DNA of 64,000 bases from Felis catus (GCF_018350175.1 NC_058368.1:28708001-28772000); one strand, 5' to 3'; positions 50,415 to 63,786 are shown, counted from the stretch's first letter. Notes: generated by a model not told the origin, from the letters alone. Made by a program: numbers and translations.

Positions 50415-52300
50415 TTTCTTATTGTGGAAAAATACACACAACATGAAATTTGCCATTTTAACTGTTTCTAAGTGTACAACTCACTGGCTTTAAGTATATT
50501 CACAATGTTGTGTAGCCATCACTACTATCTATTTCCAGAACTTTTTTGTTTCCTTCCTGCATCTCTTGTTCTCTTTGACCCATTTTGTCCATCACCCTCC
50601 CTCCTCCCCTCTGGCAACCACCAGTTTGCTCTCTGTATTTATAGGTCTGTCTTGGCTTTTTTTTTTTTTGTTTTTTAGATTCCACATATAAATGAGTTCA
50701 TATGGTATTTGTCTTTCTTTGTCTGACTTATTTTTAGAACGTTTTGTATTCCAGATAGAAACTCTATATTCATTAAATGATAACTTCCCATCCCCCACCC
50801 CAGACTCTGGTAACCTCTATGGTACTTTCTGTCCCTATGAATTTGCCTATTCTAGGTACATCATTTAAGTAGAACCAAGCACTTTTTTGTCATTTTGTCT
50901 CTATTTTACCTGGCATGATGTTTTCAAGGTTCATTCATGTTATAGCATATATCAGAATTTCATTTCTTTTTATGGCTCAATAATATTCTGTTGTATGGAT
51001 ATACTAGCTTTTGTTTTTCTATCCAAATATTGGTGAACACACGGTTGTTTCTACCTTTTGATTTTTGTGAATAATGTGACTATAAACATTGGTATATAAG
51101 TATCTGTTTGAGTCCCTACTTTCAACTCTTATTTTATATATACCTAGATGTTAACGTGATGTTACTGAACCATATTGTATTTCTATGTTTAACTTTTTGA
51201 GGAGCTGCTATACTGCTTTCTGTAGCAGTGACACCAATTTACATTCCCACCAGCAGTGTGTGAAGTCGTAACTCATTGTAGTTTTGATCTGCATTTCCCT
51301 AATGACTAATGAAATTGAGCATCTTCTCATGTACTTATTGACCATTTGTATGTCTTATTTGGAGAAAAGCCTATTCAAGTTCCTTGCTTGTGTTTCAATT
51401 TGGGTTGTCTTTTTGTTGTTGAGTTGTAGGAGTTCTTCATATATTCTGGATATTAACCCATTTTCTGTTACGATTTACACGTTTTTTTCCCCATTCTGTA
51501 GGTTGTCTTTTCACTCTCTTTATACTATCTGTTGATGCACAAAAATTTTAAATTTTGACGAAGTCTAATTTATCTTTTTGTTATTGTTGCCTATGCTTTT
51601 GGTGTTATATACAGTAAATCATTGCTAGGTCCAATATCATGAACTTTCTCTGTTTTATTCTAAGAGTGTTAATAGTTTTAGATCTCACATTTAGGTCTTT
51701 GATCTGTTTTGAATTAATCTTTGTATACAGTGAAAAGTAAGGGTCCAACTTCAAATCATTTACATGTGGATATCCAGTTTTCCCAGCACCATTTGTTGAA
51801 AAGACAGTCTTTTCCTCATAGGATGGTCTTAGCATCCTTGTCAAAAACCAATTCACTATATATGTGAGGGTTTATTCTGAGCTCTCTCTTCTGTTTCATT
51901 GCTCTGTCTGTCCTTATGTCATTCTCACACTGTTTGGATTTCTATAGCTTTATAGTAAGTTTTGAAATAAGGAAGTGTGAGACCTCCAACTTTGTTTTCT
52001 TTTCCAGGGTTGTTTTGGATATTCAGCATTCCTTGGGTTTCTATATGAATCTTAGGATAGGTTTTTCTATTTATGAAAAAAAAATGCTATTGAGATTTTT
52101 ATAGGAATTTCACAGAATATATAGATCACTTTGGGTAATATTGTCATCTTAATATTTAAGTCTTTCAATCTGTGAACATGAATGTCTTCTCATTCATGTT
52201 CAATATTTGTCTTCAATAATTTCTTTCAGCAATAATTTCTTTTATAGTTTTCAGTGTACAAGTCTTTTATCTTCTTGGTTAAATTTATTCCTAAGTATTT
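50415..52300 (-). mobile_element. Old L1 (L1MB-like) 3' portion, antisense, with a nested L1 3'UTR fragment at about 50545-50735
   Basis: L1 3'UTR and ORF2 C-terminal motifs (ttttcccagcaccatttgttgaaaagac, gcatttccctaatgactaatga). Confidence 0.82.
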
Positions 52301-53017
52301 TTGAATAGATTGTTTTTGTGAATGTCCATGTTGCATATGGTATGATTAAAAATCAAACTTACAGCTGGTGTTTTTACACAGTAAATTTTTCTCTCGTGTA
52401 TTTGTTTGTATTGATCACTCCTAAGACATTTTCATACTGCATAATTTATCGATTCTATATGTTAGTCTTTGATTATAGTATCTTTTTACTTACGGCAGAG
52501 TTTCCATTTTTATTTTTGAACAGTTTGGGGAGTGGATGTGATATTATTTACTTACATTTTAGATTGTAGTTTGCCTTTTTAGTTTATTTTTTAGTTAACT
52601 TTGTTATTATTACTGACACTAAATATACTTATGTTAAAATGTTTTTATTTTTGAAAAATGATGTTTAAACTAGTTACTTATTATGACTTTGGATTATAGA
52701 AAATGTTAACAGCTCATACTTTAAATGATTCTGTTGAGAAGATTCCTTTCAATGCTGGTTTAAGGTACTTTGTGTCTATTGGTTGAATTGGCCAGAGTTT
52801 ACATAAAATTTGTGAAGAAGCATATGATTTCTGAAATCACTAAGAAAAATTCAGGTGAAGAGATTAAACTAGTAGTGATATCCTTGGTCTTTAGATATAC
52901 ACATGTAGGGAAAAGAATGAATTTCTACACTCTATAGAAGGTGGCAAGTCTTGGAACTCACTGAAAATATATTTGAAATGAGTTTTTATGATTTGATTCT
53001 AGGTCTACTGGCTTTTT

Positions 53018-53241
53018 TTTTTTTTAATATTTTTTTTTCAACGTTTATTTATTTTTGGGACAGAGAGAGACAGAGCATGAACGGGGGAGGGGCAGAGAGA
53101 GAGGGAGACACAGAATCGGAAACAGGCTCCAGGCTCTGAGCCATCAGCCCAGAGCCCGACGCGGGGCTCGAACTCACGGACCGCGAGATCGTGACCTGGC
53201 TGAAGTCGGACGCTTAACCGACTGCGCCACCCAGGCGCCCC
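53018..53241 (-). mobile_element. Young felid Can-SINE
   Basis: CpG-intact body; perfect TSD tctactggcttttt at 53004-53017 and 53242-53255. Confidence 0.94.
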
Positions 53242-55888
53242 TCTACTGGCTTTTTAAAGACAATTAAGGAAATTGAGAGAGAGTATATCTTAAACTTAAT
53301 TTATGGCAGATGCCATGAAGAACACCCTCCCCTTTTATGAATCACTCCTCTTGGTGTCTTTGTCAGAGATCAGAAGGCAAATGGTTAACTCAGTATGCTA
53401 CTTCATCTGTGTATATCCTTTCGTTAGCTCGTTAGAAGTGATCTGAGGATGATATTTTATCATCTCACCAACCTGTTAATTATCAACTTTTTAATTTCCA
53501 ATGAAAATACTTTTCTACCAAGTAATTGGGAGGGGGGGAAACACCCAAATCATCGATATATTTGTAAAATAAGTTAAATTGTTCTATAAATATCTTATTT
53601 TCCATTTATAGATTAAGGATAAATGCAAGCACAATGTATTTCCCAAGTGCCACTACTTCGAATCATATGGAGAAGAACTTTTGAGGACAATATTTCTTTT
53701 CTTTGTGACTCTAACTTAATTTGTTAATAGTATTATTTCTAGAATTATACACATGATTATTTTCTTCATGTTAAAATAAAAACACTCATTCTAATGAAAG
53801 CTGGAAATAATTTATGCCTCATCAATTTTTCCACACAATACGGTTTCAGGTTTTTGTAGTCACTTTATGGTGATTTGGTAGTGGTAAATCATCCTAAAAT
53901 TATATGTTTGAGCTGTGTGAAAATTATGGTCACCTCATTCTGCCCTTCATTAAAAGAAGAACCAAACAAGAGAGTATGTATGTATCCATCATCAGATCTC
54001 AGCTCCACTGGAAAAGTACCCAAAGTATCCTGCCATTGAGAATGTTATCTGTACATTTGAAAGCATTAGTTTAAGAGGCTGAGAACAGACTTCTTATATA
54101 TTATTGGAGAATGACAGCAAATTAACAAAAATACTATTTTAATGTGGTTTTTTTACTCTGTTAAGTTTGTTGATTTATGGATAAACAAAGGTAGGAAGAT
54201 GCTACCATTGAGGATTGGGAAAACTGGCACAGAGATAAGCAAATAAACCACATATTCTGAAACTCCTTTTCCAATTTTGCTTTTCTGCTCATTAGTCTTT
54301 ATAGGAATATCTAGAAGAAAAGTGATTTCTGAAAGCATAGACATCAGAAAGGGATGTAGGTGAGTTTGTTTCTGTCTGTCTCCATGAACTGGATCAAAGA
54401 ATCAATAGGTACTGTGTTGACATTTGCAGATTTTTTAAACTGTTAATCAGTTGGTTTTCATGATAGAAACCAAGCTCCTGAGATCAAATATAAGACTCTT
54501 TGTTCGTACTTTCATATTTATTAGTAGAGCTCATTGAGCTCTCTGGGACAGAGGAACTAATTTAATAGAATTCAGTACAGGTTTGGGTTTTATAATAATA
54601 CAGTCCATATTAATGAAAAATATGGAAAAAATTCTGGAAGTTTGACCCAACATAGAGAATTTAGTGGGAATAAGTAACCCAACATCTGTTTTCCTAGAAG
54701 ATGTGGAGATTTCCCTGTTATTTGTACATGTATAAAGCTACACTTAATCTGTGGGTTTTGCTTTATTTTTAGACTTGACTATTTTTAGAACTGGATTTCA
54801 TATGAAGAAAAAGAAAAACAGAGCCTTAACACAGATTTGTGGCAGTACATAAAGTAAGTTTTATAATAGGTTATAAAAATCTTAAATCACTTGGCTCAAG
54901 TGTTAGGTCAGATTCTTTTAAATGGTTATTCTTTTTTTAGTGTTGAAGCCAGTGATTTCGTAGTGTCAAAGAAATCCAAGTTATTATTCTTTTCCTTCAC
55001 AACCAGATAAGGGCATGTTTCCAGATTTCTTTCCACATCATCATAAACAGCATCAGATCTGAGATATCTTTCTTTTGTTAAAGTACTATTTGTATAAAAG
55101 CCAAGTCAGCTCCAATAAGAAATTTAAGCACAAATAAGTTCATGGGACCTGTAATGAAAATAATCACTATCTAAAACAGATTGAGGTCTTAGAATCATTT
55201 TGATTTTTCAGTTAAGTTTTTCTTCCTAGAGCTAAACTCAAACCAAATTCTCTTCTCTATCTTTAATCTACAATTTCTACTTCTTCCTGTTCATCCAGAT
55301 ACAATAGAAGTATCTTTATTTCTTTCATTCTCTCTCCTTTGTTTTCATTGCTGTGTGTCTTGGATTTATTTGCTTGCTTCTTGTCTTTGCCTTGACTTTG
55401 TACTTTTCTCTCATCAAGATTGTAAGATAGCTGTATTTATTTAAATGGTTAATGTTCAACCTTGGAGGCTGACTTTCTGCATGATTCTGTGTAACTCATC
55501 TTGTTTTCTTGATTTCTTATTTTGCTACAATCTGTGATCCTTCCTGTCTTCTTTATATTTTTTTCTTTCCCCACATAGACTAACCTTCATAAAGCTAAGA
55601 ATTTAAGTAGTTTGCTACACTCTAAGAATTTACTTACCTCAGCTCCTTTAAATTTCTTACATTATAAAAGTTATTTTCAAAGAACAATGTATGTCATCAT
55701 CATCAAAATTGTTGACTTGAGCAATCCTTTTCAAGTCCCAGGCTCACCGAGGCTCCTGTCTCATGTGTTCTTCAGTTTCTCCTTCATAATGAGGTTGTCT
55801 TGTCTCCTACCTCCTTTGTGTAGAATGTGCTTTAAAATTTATTGTAGTTCATCAAAGTTTAAAATTTAGTGCAATTATAAAATTTTAA

Positions 55889-56100
55889 TTTTTTTAAATG
55901 TTTTATTTATTTTTGAGACAGAGAGAGACAGAGGATGAGCAGGGGAGGGGCAGAGAGACAGCAAGACACAGTATCCGAAGCAGGCTCCAGGATCCGAGCT
56001 GTCATCACAGAGCCCAACACCAGGCTCGAACCCACAAACCATAAGATCATGACCTGAGCCGAAGTCTGACGCTTAACTGACTGAGCGACCCAGGCGCCCC
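55889..56100 (-). mobile_element. Can-SINE
   Basis: TSD tgcaattataaaattttaa. Confidence 0.9.
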
Positions 56101-56937
56101 AATGCAATTATAAAATTTTAAAAGTTAGCAGAATAAAACATCCCTTCTAATTTGAAGGGACATTTTTATTAAATATGATTTCATATTTCTTGCCTATAAT
56201 ATCAGAGTCATGCTAGGAGGACCAATAACCATAATGTTCTTTGTTGTAATTTCATAGTTAAGTTATAGTGCATAATGTTATTCATAATTATAAGATTATA
56301 AATATTATACATTGTATAATTGTATGGAATAGTTACCTCAGTAAATTTCATCAGGGTGCTACTAAGCATGTGACAATTGCACACATAGGGAATTTTGCAA
56401 ATTAAATTGTAAAGCCACAAACTACAACCTTATTCCAAGTTGCTTCACAAATATACTTTATTAGAACCAAGAGAGTATAGATAACTCTCTGTAATGTATC
56501 ACCATTATTGGAAAAGGTTATTCAAGTTTATACTCAACTAATTTTAAAATCATCATTGTGATTATTGCCTATGCATACTAACACTATTACATTTCTTCAT
56601 TTTAAATATTAATAATGAAATGAGTGCAACTCATATATATCAAAATCATTTGTAGGCATCTGGCATAATTTTTTTCCTTACCACATTTTTAAATTTTTCA
56701 CATAGTGCCTGTGCTTGATTTTTATGTAAAAATGCCACAAGCTTTGTTATCCGTATTTTGCAGCTTAAAATGAGAAGTGATATCATCTCTAATTATTTGG
56801 ATGCACGCTTCACACTTCAAATACATGGGAAAGCTAGTTGTTTCGTGTAGAAGTTATATAAAGAAGCAGTTTTATAGAGTGTAGCTAATTACTTAAATAA
56901 AAGCCAGTGTCATGTCACTTCAACAAGAAAAAATATT

Positions 56938-57150
56938 GGGGCTCCTGGGTGGCTCAGTCAGTTAAGTGTCCAACTCTTGACTTCAGCTCAGATCATGATC
57001 TCACAGTTTATGAAATCGAGGCCTGCATCGGGCTGTGTCCTGACAGGGCAGCTTCTGTCCTGGGATTCTGTCTCCCTCTCTCTCTGCCCCTCCCCTATTC
57101 ACTCTCGTTGTCTCTCTCTCAAAAATAAATAAACTTAAAAAGAAAAAAAT
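56938..57150 (+). mobile_element. Can-SINE
   Basis: SINE head, CT tract, A tail; TSD-like a(a/g)gaaaaaatat. Confidence 0.88.
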
Positions 57151-57337
57151 AGGAAAAAATATCCAACAAATATATAATTTAAATAATAGGTTGAATTGGA
57201 AGATGCGGGGATTATAACCTGAGGATTTTGTGAACATTTATAAAAAGAAATCTGTGGCTATTATTTAGAGCTGAATATATACTCTTTCCTTTTGGGAGAT
57301 TTAATTCAGGATCTATTTAGAAAACAACTCATTTCTT

Positions 57338-57566
57338 GGGCGCCTGGGCGGCTCAGTTGGTTAAGCGTCCAACTTGGGCTCAGGTCGTAATCTCACGGTT
57401 CATGCGTTCGAGCCCCGCATCTGAGCTGTCAGCACAGAGCCTGGAGCCTGCTTTGGATTCTGTGTCTCCTTCTCTCTCTCTGCCCCTCCCCTGCTCATGC
57501 TCATGCTCTGTCTCTCTCAAAAATGAATAAACTTAAAAATAAATAAATTTAAAAAAAAAGAAAGAA
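57338..57566 (+). mobile_element. Can-SINE
   Basis: TSD agaaaacaact(c/a)atttctt. Confidence 0.9.
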
Positions 57567-57718
57567 AGAAAACAACTAATTTCTTTCCTCCAGTTAGTTT
57601 GAATAGAGTATTGATGCACATTCTGTTAATTGTCTTCCTTTTCCTTTTATGGACAATTAAGTTTTGTTTTGTTTTGTTTTGAATGAGAACCATACAAATG
57701 GCTGACAATACTCTATAA

Positions 57719-57870
57719 CAGGGTTGATAAACTTTTTGTAAAGGGCTGGATCATAAATATTTTGGTCTTTGTGGACCATGTGGACCTTGTTGAAACAATA
57801 TGATTCTACTATTGTAGTGGAATAGCAGACGTTGGCAATATGTGAATGAATGAGTGTGGCTGTGATCCAC
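57719..57870 (+). mobile_element. MER58A-like hAT-Charlie fragment
   Basis: cagggttgataaactttttgtaaagggc...aatgaatgagtgtggctgtg resembles the recalled MER58A 5' part. Confidence 0.7.
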
Positions 57871-57879
57871 CTTATCACA

Positions 57880-58106
57880 TTTTTTTGTATTTATTTATTT
57901 AGAGAGAGAGAGAGAGAGAGAGAGCGCGCGCTTGCACAAATGTGTGCAAGCTGGGGAGGGACAGAGAGAGAAGGAGAAAGAGAATCCCAAGCAGGCCCTT
58001 AACATCAGTGAGCCCAATGTGGAGCTCAATCCCATGAAACCTGAGATCATGAGCTGAGCCTAAATCAGGAGTCTGACACTCAACCAACTGAGCCACCCAG
58101 GTGCCT
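57880..58106 (-). mobile_element. Can-SINE
   Basis: Reverse-complement SINE ending ctgagccacccaggtgcc. Confidence 0.87.
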
Positions 58107-58107
58107 G

Positions 58108-58329
58108 TCCTTCCTTCCTTCCTTCCTTCCTTCCTTCCTTCCTTCCTTCCTTCCTTCCTTCCTTCCTTCCTTCCTTCCTTCCTTCTTGGACAACTCCCAC
58201 TGCTGCCATTGGCTACAACTCTGGGGTGGTTTTAAAATACATCTTTCCTTCCTTCCTTCCTTCCTTCCTTCCTTCCTTCCTTCCTTCCTTCCTTCCTTTC
58301 CTTCTTTCTTTCCTTCTTTCTTTCTTTTT

Positions 58330-58385
<56 letters not shown>

Positions 58386-58389
58386 TTAT
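58108..58389 (+). repeat. Two polypyrimidine microsatellites, (TTCC)n and (TTCC)n(TTTC)n, separated by a ~56-nt spacer
   Basis: Read directly. Confidence 0.9.
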
Positions 58390-58705
58390 TGAGGTATAAT
58401 TCACGTGTAGTAAAATTCAGTCCATTTTGACAAATACATTCAGTTGTATAATGACTACCCCAACTGAGATAATAGGACATTTCCATCAGCTCAGAAAATT
58501 CTCTTGTGCCTCTTTGTAGTCACCCCCTCCCTGCCACCTGGCAACCACTGATCTGTTTTCTATCCCTATTTTGCCTTTTCCTGAATGGTGTATAAATGGA
58601 TTTAAATAGCCTTTTGAGTCTGGTTTGTTTCACTTACATAATGCATTTGAGATTCATCCACATTGTTGTATGTATCAGTAGTTTGTTCTTTTTAATTGCT
58701 GAGAA
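58385..58705 (-). mobile_element. Old L1 3' end
   Basis: tttattgaggtataattcac...ctggcaaccactgatctg...tttgagattcatcca. Confidence 0.75.
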
Positions 58706-59184
58706 CCTTAACACATTTTTATTGGTGTTTATGTGAGTACTTCTCTATGTTCCTGCTACAGTAGGTTTACTTCTGGTGCTCAGCCCTTTTCACCTCACTT
58801 ATCAAGCCTCCTAGGCTTTCCACCTGTTTCCAGCCTGGGTTTTTCCCAATCCATCCTTCCAGCTCTGAATTTTGTTTTTTCTATTTTCCCCCTGCTTTTA
58901 GCCTTTGAATCGCTTTGTGTAGTTTGTAAGATAATATTCAAATTCTGTTGCTTAGCACAGTGCTTTTTTTTTGTTTGGTGTCCCCCCAGGCCTCTCTTAG
59001 CCAGGTTTGAGGCTTCAACCCATACAGCTAACATTCACCTTTGAACTCCAGTCATAAAGAATGATTTGTAGTCTCCTCAGCATGACTTGATGTGTTAGGC
59101 AGCCATGCTTTCTTGCACCATTCATGCTCTATGAACCTCCTTCTCCTGAGGACCAGTTGGCTTGCTCTTCAAAACTTAGCTCCT

Positions 59185-59427
59185 GGGGTGCCTGGGTGGC
59201 TTAGTCGGTTAAGGGTCCAACTTTGGCTCAGGTCATGACCTCATGGTTTGTGAATTTGAGCCCTGTGCCAGGCCAGGCACGGTGCTGACAGCTCAGAGCT
59301 TAGAGCCTGCTTTGGATTCTGTGTCTCCCTCTTTCTTTGCCCCTCCCCTGCTTGCTCGTTTTCTCTCTGTCTCTCACTCTCTCTCTCAAAAACAAACATT
59401 TAAAAAAAAACCGAAAGAAAAAAAAAG
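59185..59427 (+). mobile_element. Can-SINE
   Basis: TSD-like cttagctcc on both sides. Confidence 0.88.
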
Positions 59428-59556
59428 CCTTAGCTCCACTGCCACCATCTCTGTGTTTTCTGTTAAGTCCCCAGTTTGATTTATATGTACTCCTTTGTTT
59501 CACTGGCCCTTAAATGCCCTTTTGGATAACACTTATGGCTCTGTCCTGTGATAATG

Positions 59557-60195
59557 ACTGTATTTCATTAAGTCCAATGTGCCATCAATTATAAGACATG
59601 CCATTATTTTGTGTTCCAATAAGAAAGTAGTGCAGCAAATTAAGTTATCACATAAGACTATCAGCAGTTTTATTTTATTCTTAATGAAAGATCTCTTTCA
59701 GATATAATTTATCTATCTCTTGTGCATGCAGAAAAAAGAAAATACAACTGGGATGAATGGTTGAAGCATTTCTAAAACTTCTTTACCTTCAGAGTATGAC
59801 TTTTTTTGGTTCAGCTGTAGATGTTCATATCATTTCACATACTATTGTCTGCATCCTGCGTGCTTTGTCAACAACAGACATTTCCAGGATATTCTTCCAA
59901 GCTACTGATAGCCATTTAGGTTTCAATACTGGTACTTTCTTGATTTTAACAGAAGGTGTTGACAGAAATGTTTTAAGGCAATAGCTGCGATTCCTTTTCC
60001 CAAGTGGTCTTTAATTTGTTGACTAAACCATAAATGGGTTATAGTTATCCCTTTTTGCTACAGAGAGATATACAAAGCCAGGTTCAGACATGGTCAGAGA
60101 ATAATTATCTGGCCAGCAGTTGTAAGATTCTGTCCACCGAAGGTGCATCCTGATTTCAGAGATGTAAAATGTATTTTGGAATTGATGGAATTTAG
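59557..60195. mobile_element. TcMar-Tc2 (Kanga/MER104-like) DNA transposon fossil
   Basis: Termini ctgtatttcattaagtcc...ccatcaattataagac and gcatcctgatttcagagatgtaaaatg...ttgatggaattt resemble recalled Kanga/MER104 ends. Confidence 0.55.
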
Positions 60196-60651
60196 CTGTT
60201 TGTCTCTCCCATCCTTTGTAAACTCCCTGGAGGCAGGGACAATGTGCTGTTTAACTCTCTGTTCCCTTAATGGGCACATAGTAGATGTCGGGATGAAAAA
60301 GTGAAACTTGCAAATTCTATGTCCTCTATGAATTTTGTAACAAATTGTAAACTGAGGGAAGTTGCTCTTTCCTTTTCATAGTGATCGTCCTCATACTTCA
60401 TTTGTATTTGCCCTCATATGGACATACCAGAGTTTATCTAACCAGTCTCCTAAATATTAGTTTTATCCCCGACATTTTATAATTACACACGAAGTTGCAA
60501 TGAATAACCTTGTGCATACATGTTTTTATATTGTTAGAAGTATATCTTCAGGATTAATTCCTAGAAGTGGGACTGTGAGGTTACTAGGTAAATGCATATG
60601 TAGTTTTGTTAGAAATTGCCAAATTTTCTTCTATAAAGATTATATTATTTT

Positions 60652-60872
60652 TTTTTAATTTTTTTTTAACGTTTATTTATTTTTGAGACAGAGAGAGACA
60701 GAGCATGAACAGGGGAGGGGCAGAGAGAGAGAGGGAGACACAGAATCGGAAACAGGCTCCAGGCTCTGAGCCATCAGCCCAGAGCCCGACGTGGGGCTCG
60801 AACTTACGGACTGTGAGATCGTGACCTGAGCTGAAGTCGGACACTTAACTGACTGAGCCGCCCAGGCGCCCC
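60652..60872 (-). mobile_element. Felid Can-SINE inserted in an old antisense L1 fragment (about 60430-61370)
   Basis: TSD aagattatattatttt on both sides. Confidence 0.92.
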
Positions 60873-61374
60873 AAGATTATATTATTTTGCATTCCTGTCA
60901 ACAATGTCAACAGACAGGGCTACCAAGCTTTTTAATGTTTTCCAATTTGATACTTAGAAATGGTATCTAAAGAGTAGTTTTAATTTGCATTTCTTATATT
61001 GTGAGAGAATTGAAAATTTTTTCTATTTTGAAGGGTCATTATATCATTATATCATGTCTTTTCTTACTGAATTATCTATTCACTTTTTTTGCCTGCTTTC
61101 CTGTTGAGTTTTTGGCCTTTTTTCCCATCAGTTTTTGAGTTTATGATGTATTAGCCATTTTGTTTTTGTCTCTGATATATGCCGCACGTATTTTCTCTCA
61201 GTTTGTCAGTTGTCCTTTGGCTGTATGTATGAATAAATTATTTTGTGCCCCATAAAATTAAAAAAAAAGATTGTTTTGTAGTTAAATTTATTAATATTTT
61301 GTCTTATTATGTGTAGATTTTGAGTCATGGTTAGAAGGTCTTTCCTTATACCCAGGTTATGGAGGAATTCGCCT

Positions 61375-61679
61375 GTGCCTTTCCTTTTTCAGCTTCTAGA
61401 TTGAACTCTCTCCAGTCCTTGTCCAGAGCCCTTATGTTTCAGAACCAGCAAGGGAGCACTGAGTGATCATGCTGCCCTCTCTCTGACCACAGCTGGGAAA
61501 GGTCCTGCAGCTTTATAACTCATGTTATAAAATTGGGCCCACATGGGTAATCCAAGATAATCTCCCCTTCTCAAGGTCCTTAATGTAGTCAAATCTGCAA
61601 AGTTCCTTTTGTCATGCAAAGTAATGTATTCACAGGCTCCTGGACATCTTTGTTTGGGGGCATTATTCTGCCTACCACA
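61375..61679 (-). mobile_element. MLT1-type MaLR LTR fragment
   Basis: attgggcccacatgggtaatccaagataatctcccc...gcattattctgcctaccaca. Confidence 0.75.
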
Positions 61680-63786
61680 CTGACCATTTTAGAAGATCAC
61701 GTCACTGAAAGCATTGCCATTCATGGTATTTGAGTTACAAATATAGCACACCTGCATCAGCCTATATTGTTTTCATATCCATAGTGGTTCTATATCTGTA
61801 GCTATAGACATCTGACTTCATCATTATGTGTTTTGGTGTAGTTGTGCTCATATATCTGTTGAAGTTATGTACTACTTTATAACAAGTCACTTTCTCCATA
61901 CTGAAGTTTAGGCATTATCCAATGTTTTTATTTGAAATTAGGTGTGTAAGTACATTGTATTACCTATGATTTTTTCAGGCTTATAAAGCAAATGTTACAA
62001 AGTATTGTTTATAAAATAGGGGTATTGAGCCCAGCAGAACTGAGAACCGGTGGGCTAGACCACAGCACAGTGTTTGGCATGAAGAAGATACTCAGTTAAA
62101 TATGCACCATCTTTGAGGCTTGGGAAATCTAAAAATATTTTAAGTAGAATGACTTTTATTTTTATGCATGTCAGGGATAGGTGTGATTCTTCAGACATTG
62201 TTCTCATTCTCATAAAAACATTTCAGAGCTTCTCTATTTATAGCATTCTGTAATATAGAAAAAGGGAGATTATTTAGATCGACTTCTGATTTCTGAGAAT
62301 AAGTTCTTATAGGATAAAGCAGGAGACTCTATTCTGAGACAAACTCATTTTGGTTCTAGAGTTATAATTTTCTATGTATTTCCAATGTTTTTCCAAGATA
62401 AAGTTTTGTGATAATTTAATAATCTCTTTTTGCAGCCTCTTTGAAGTGGTCAAAGTTATTTACCAAAAGTTAACTGACTAGTTACTCTAAAATATGCCAG
62501 TGAAGTGGAATTTCCTGACTTTCAAAATTAAGGATGAGAAAGGTTAAGTGCCAGAGTTTATACCTCAAATTAGCCAAAGCTTGTACAATGGTTTCTAGCT
62601 TATTAATTTTCAAGCCATTTTTTTTTTTGCCTGCTAGATTGTACATCTTTAAAAACAATAAGCAGCAGACAATGAGGCTCACTCTGAGATAACAGGGAAC
62701 TGGGCTGAGGCCCTGCACGACCATCTGTTTTTATTTGGAATGCTTTCTTTCACACTAGCCTCATTTGCTTTAGCATGCTAGGATTCTTGTCACATCAGTT
62801 TGGTTTTCAGTATTGGTCTGTTTTTCCACTTGCCAGCTTTTTAAAAACAACATAATGGAATGGAGGAATTTCAAAAAATTAATGGTTGTCTTCAACTGAT
62901 AGAAGTCCATCTCAAGAGTGTGTTATTTTTATAACTGAAACCTTATAAAATGTACCTTAGGCTCTCATTTTGACGGAGACAGAGTCAAAAGTTGAGGGCA
63001 GTGACGCTTACAGTGTTTTACCTTAAGCTCGCAACTAGAACTACTTGGACTGTGTAGATGACAGGATGCAGCACAAAGTTAATGTGTTGAAAAGGCTGGA
63101 TATTTGCTGGTTTAACTCATAATCTTTTAAACTTGTATACTGCAAAAAGGCAAAGTGTGCCTTAATGTTTAACTGGGCAATTATAATGGTTCATCTTGAA
63201 GAACTGCTTTTGTTACACACATTTTCCATTTAAAAGACAATAGATTTTATATTTGTTTTTTTTTTTTAAGTATCCAAATTTGATATTCAGATCTTTTATA
63301 ATTTTTTAAAACTCTTCACTGGGCTCCTTTTTTTAATTGAAACCATGTACTTCTTAAATAATGGACAAAATCTTTTGTGTTATCTTAACAAATTTAGTTA
63401 TCATGAGGTATTTATTAGATTTCTAAAAACGCACTAAGGAGGCCTTTGGGCATGTGCATAAAAATAAACATTACAATAAAACCAAATCCATTAGCCCAAG
63501 GAAGAAAACAAGTGACCAAGGAATCCTACCAAATAAGGAACTTTAGTCTGAAAGGTATTTCATTTACCATCATTGGTGATCCAAAAACATGAGATCCGTA
63601 AACTTGAAGAGGGAAGGAATCTCAAATTTGGGGATTCTCTGTGGAATGGCTCCAAATTTAAGGACACTGTGTAATAAAATCCAGTACTATTGGTAAGAAC
63701 ACATTGTTATACTTGACCCTCTGTGTTAGCTAGTACTTTGGTTTTAAATGTACTTTACAGTAATTTTGACTAGGGTCTTGAGGTAA

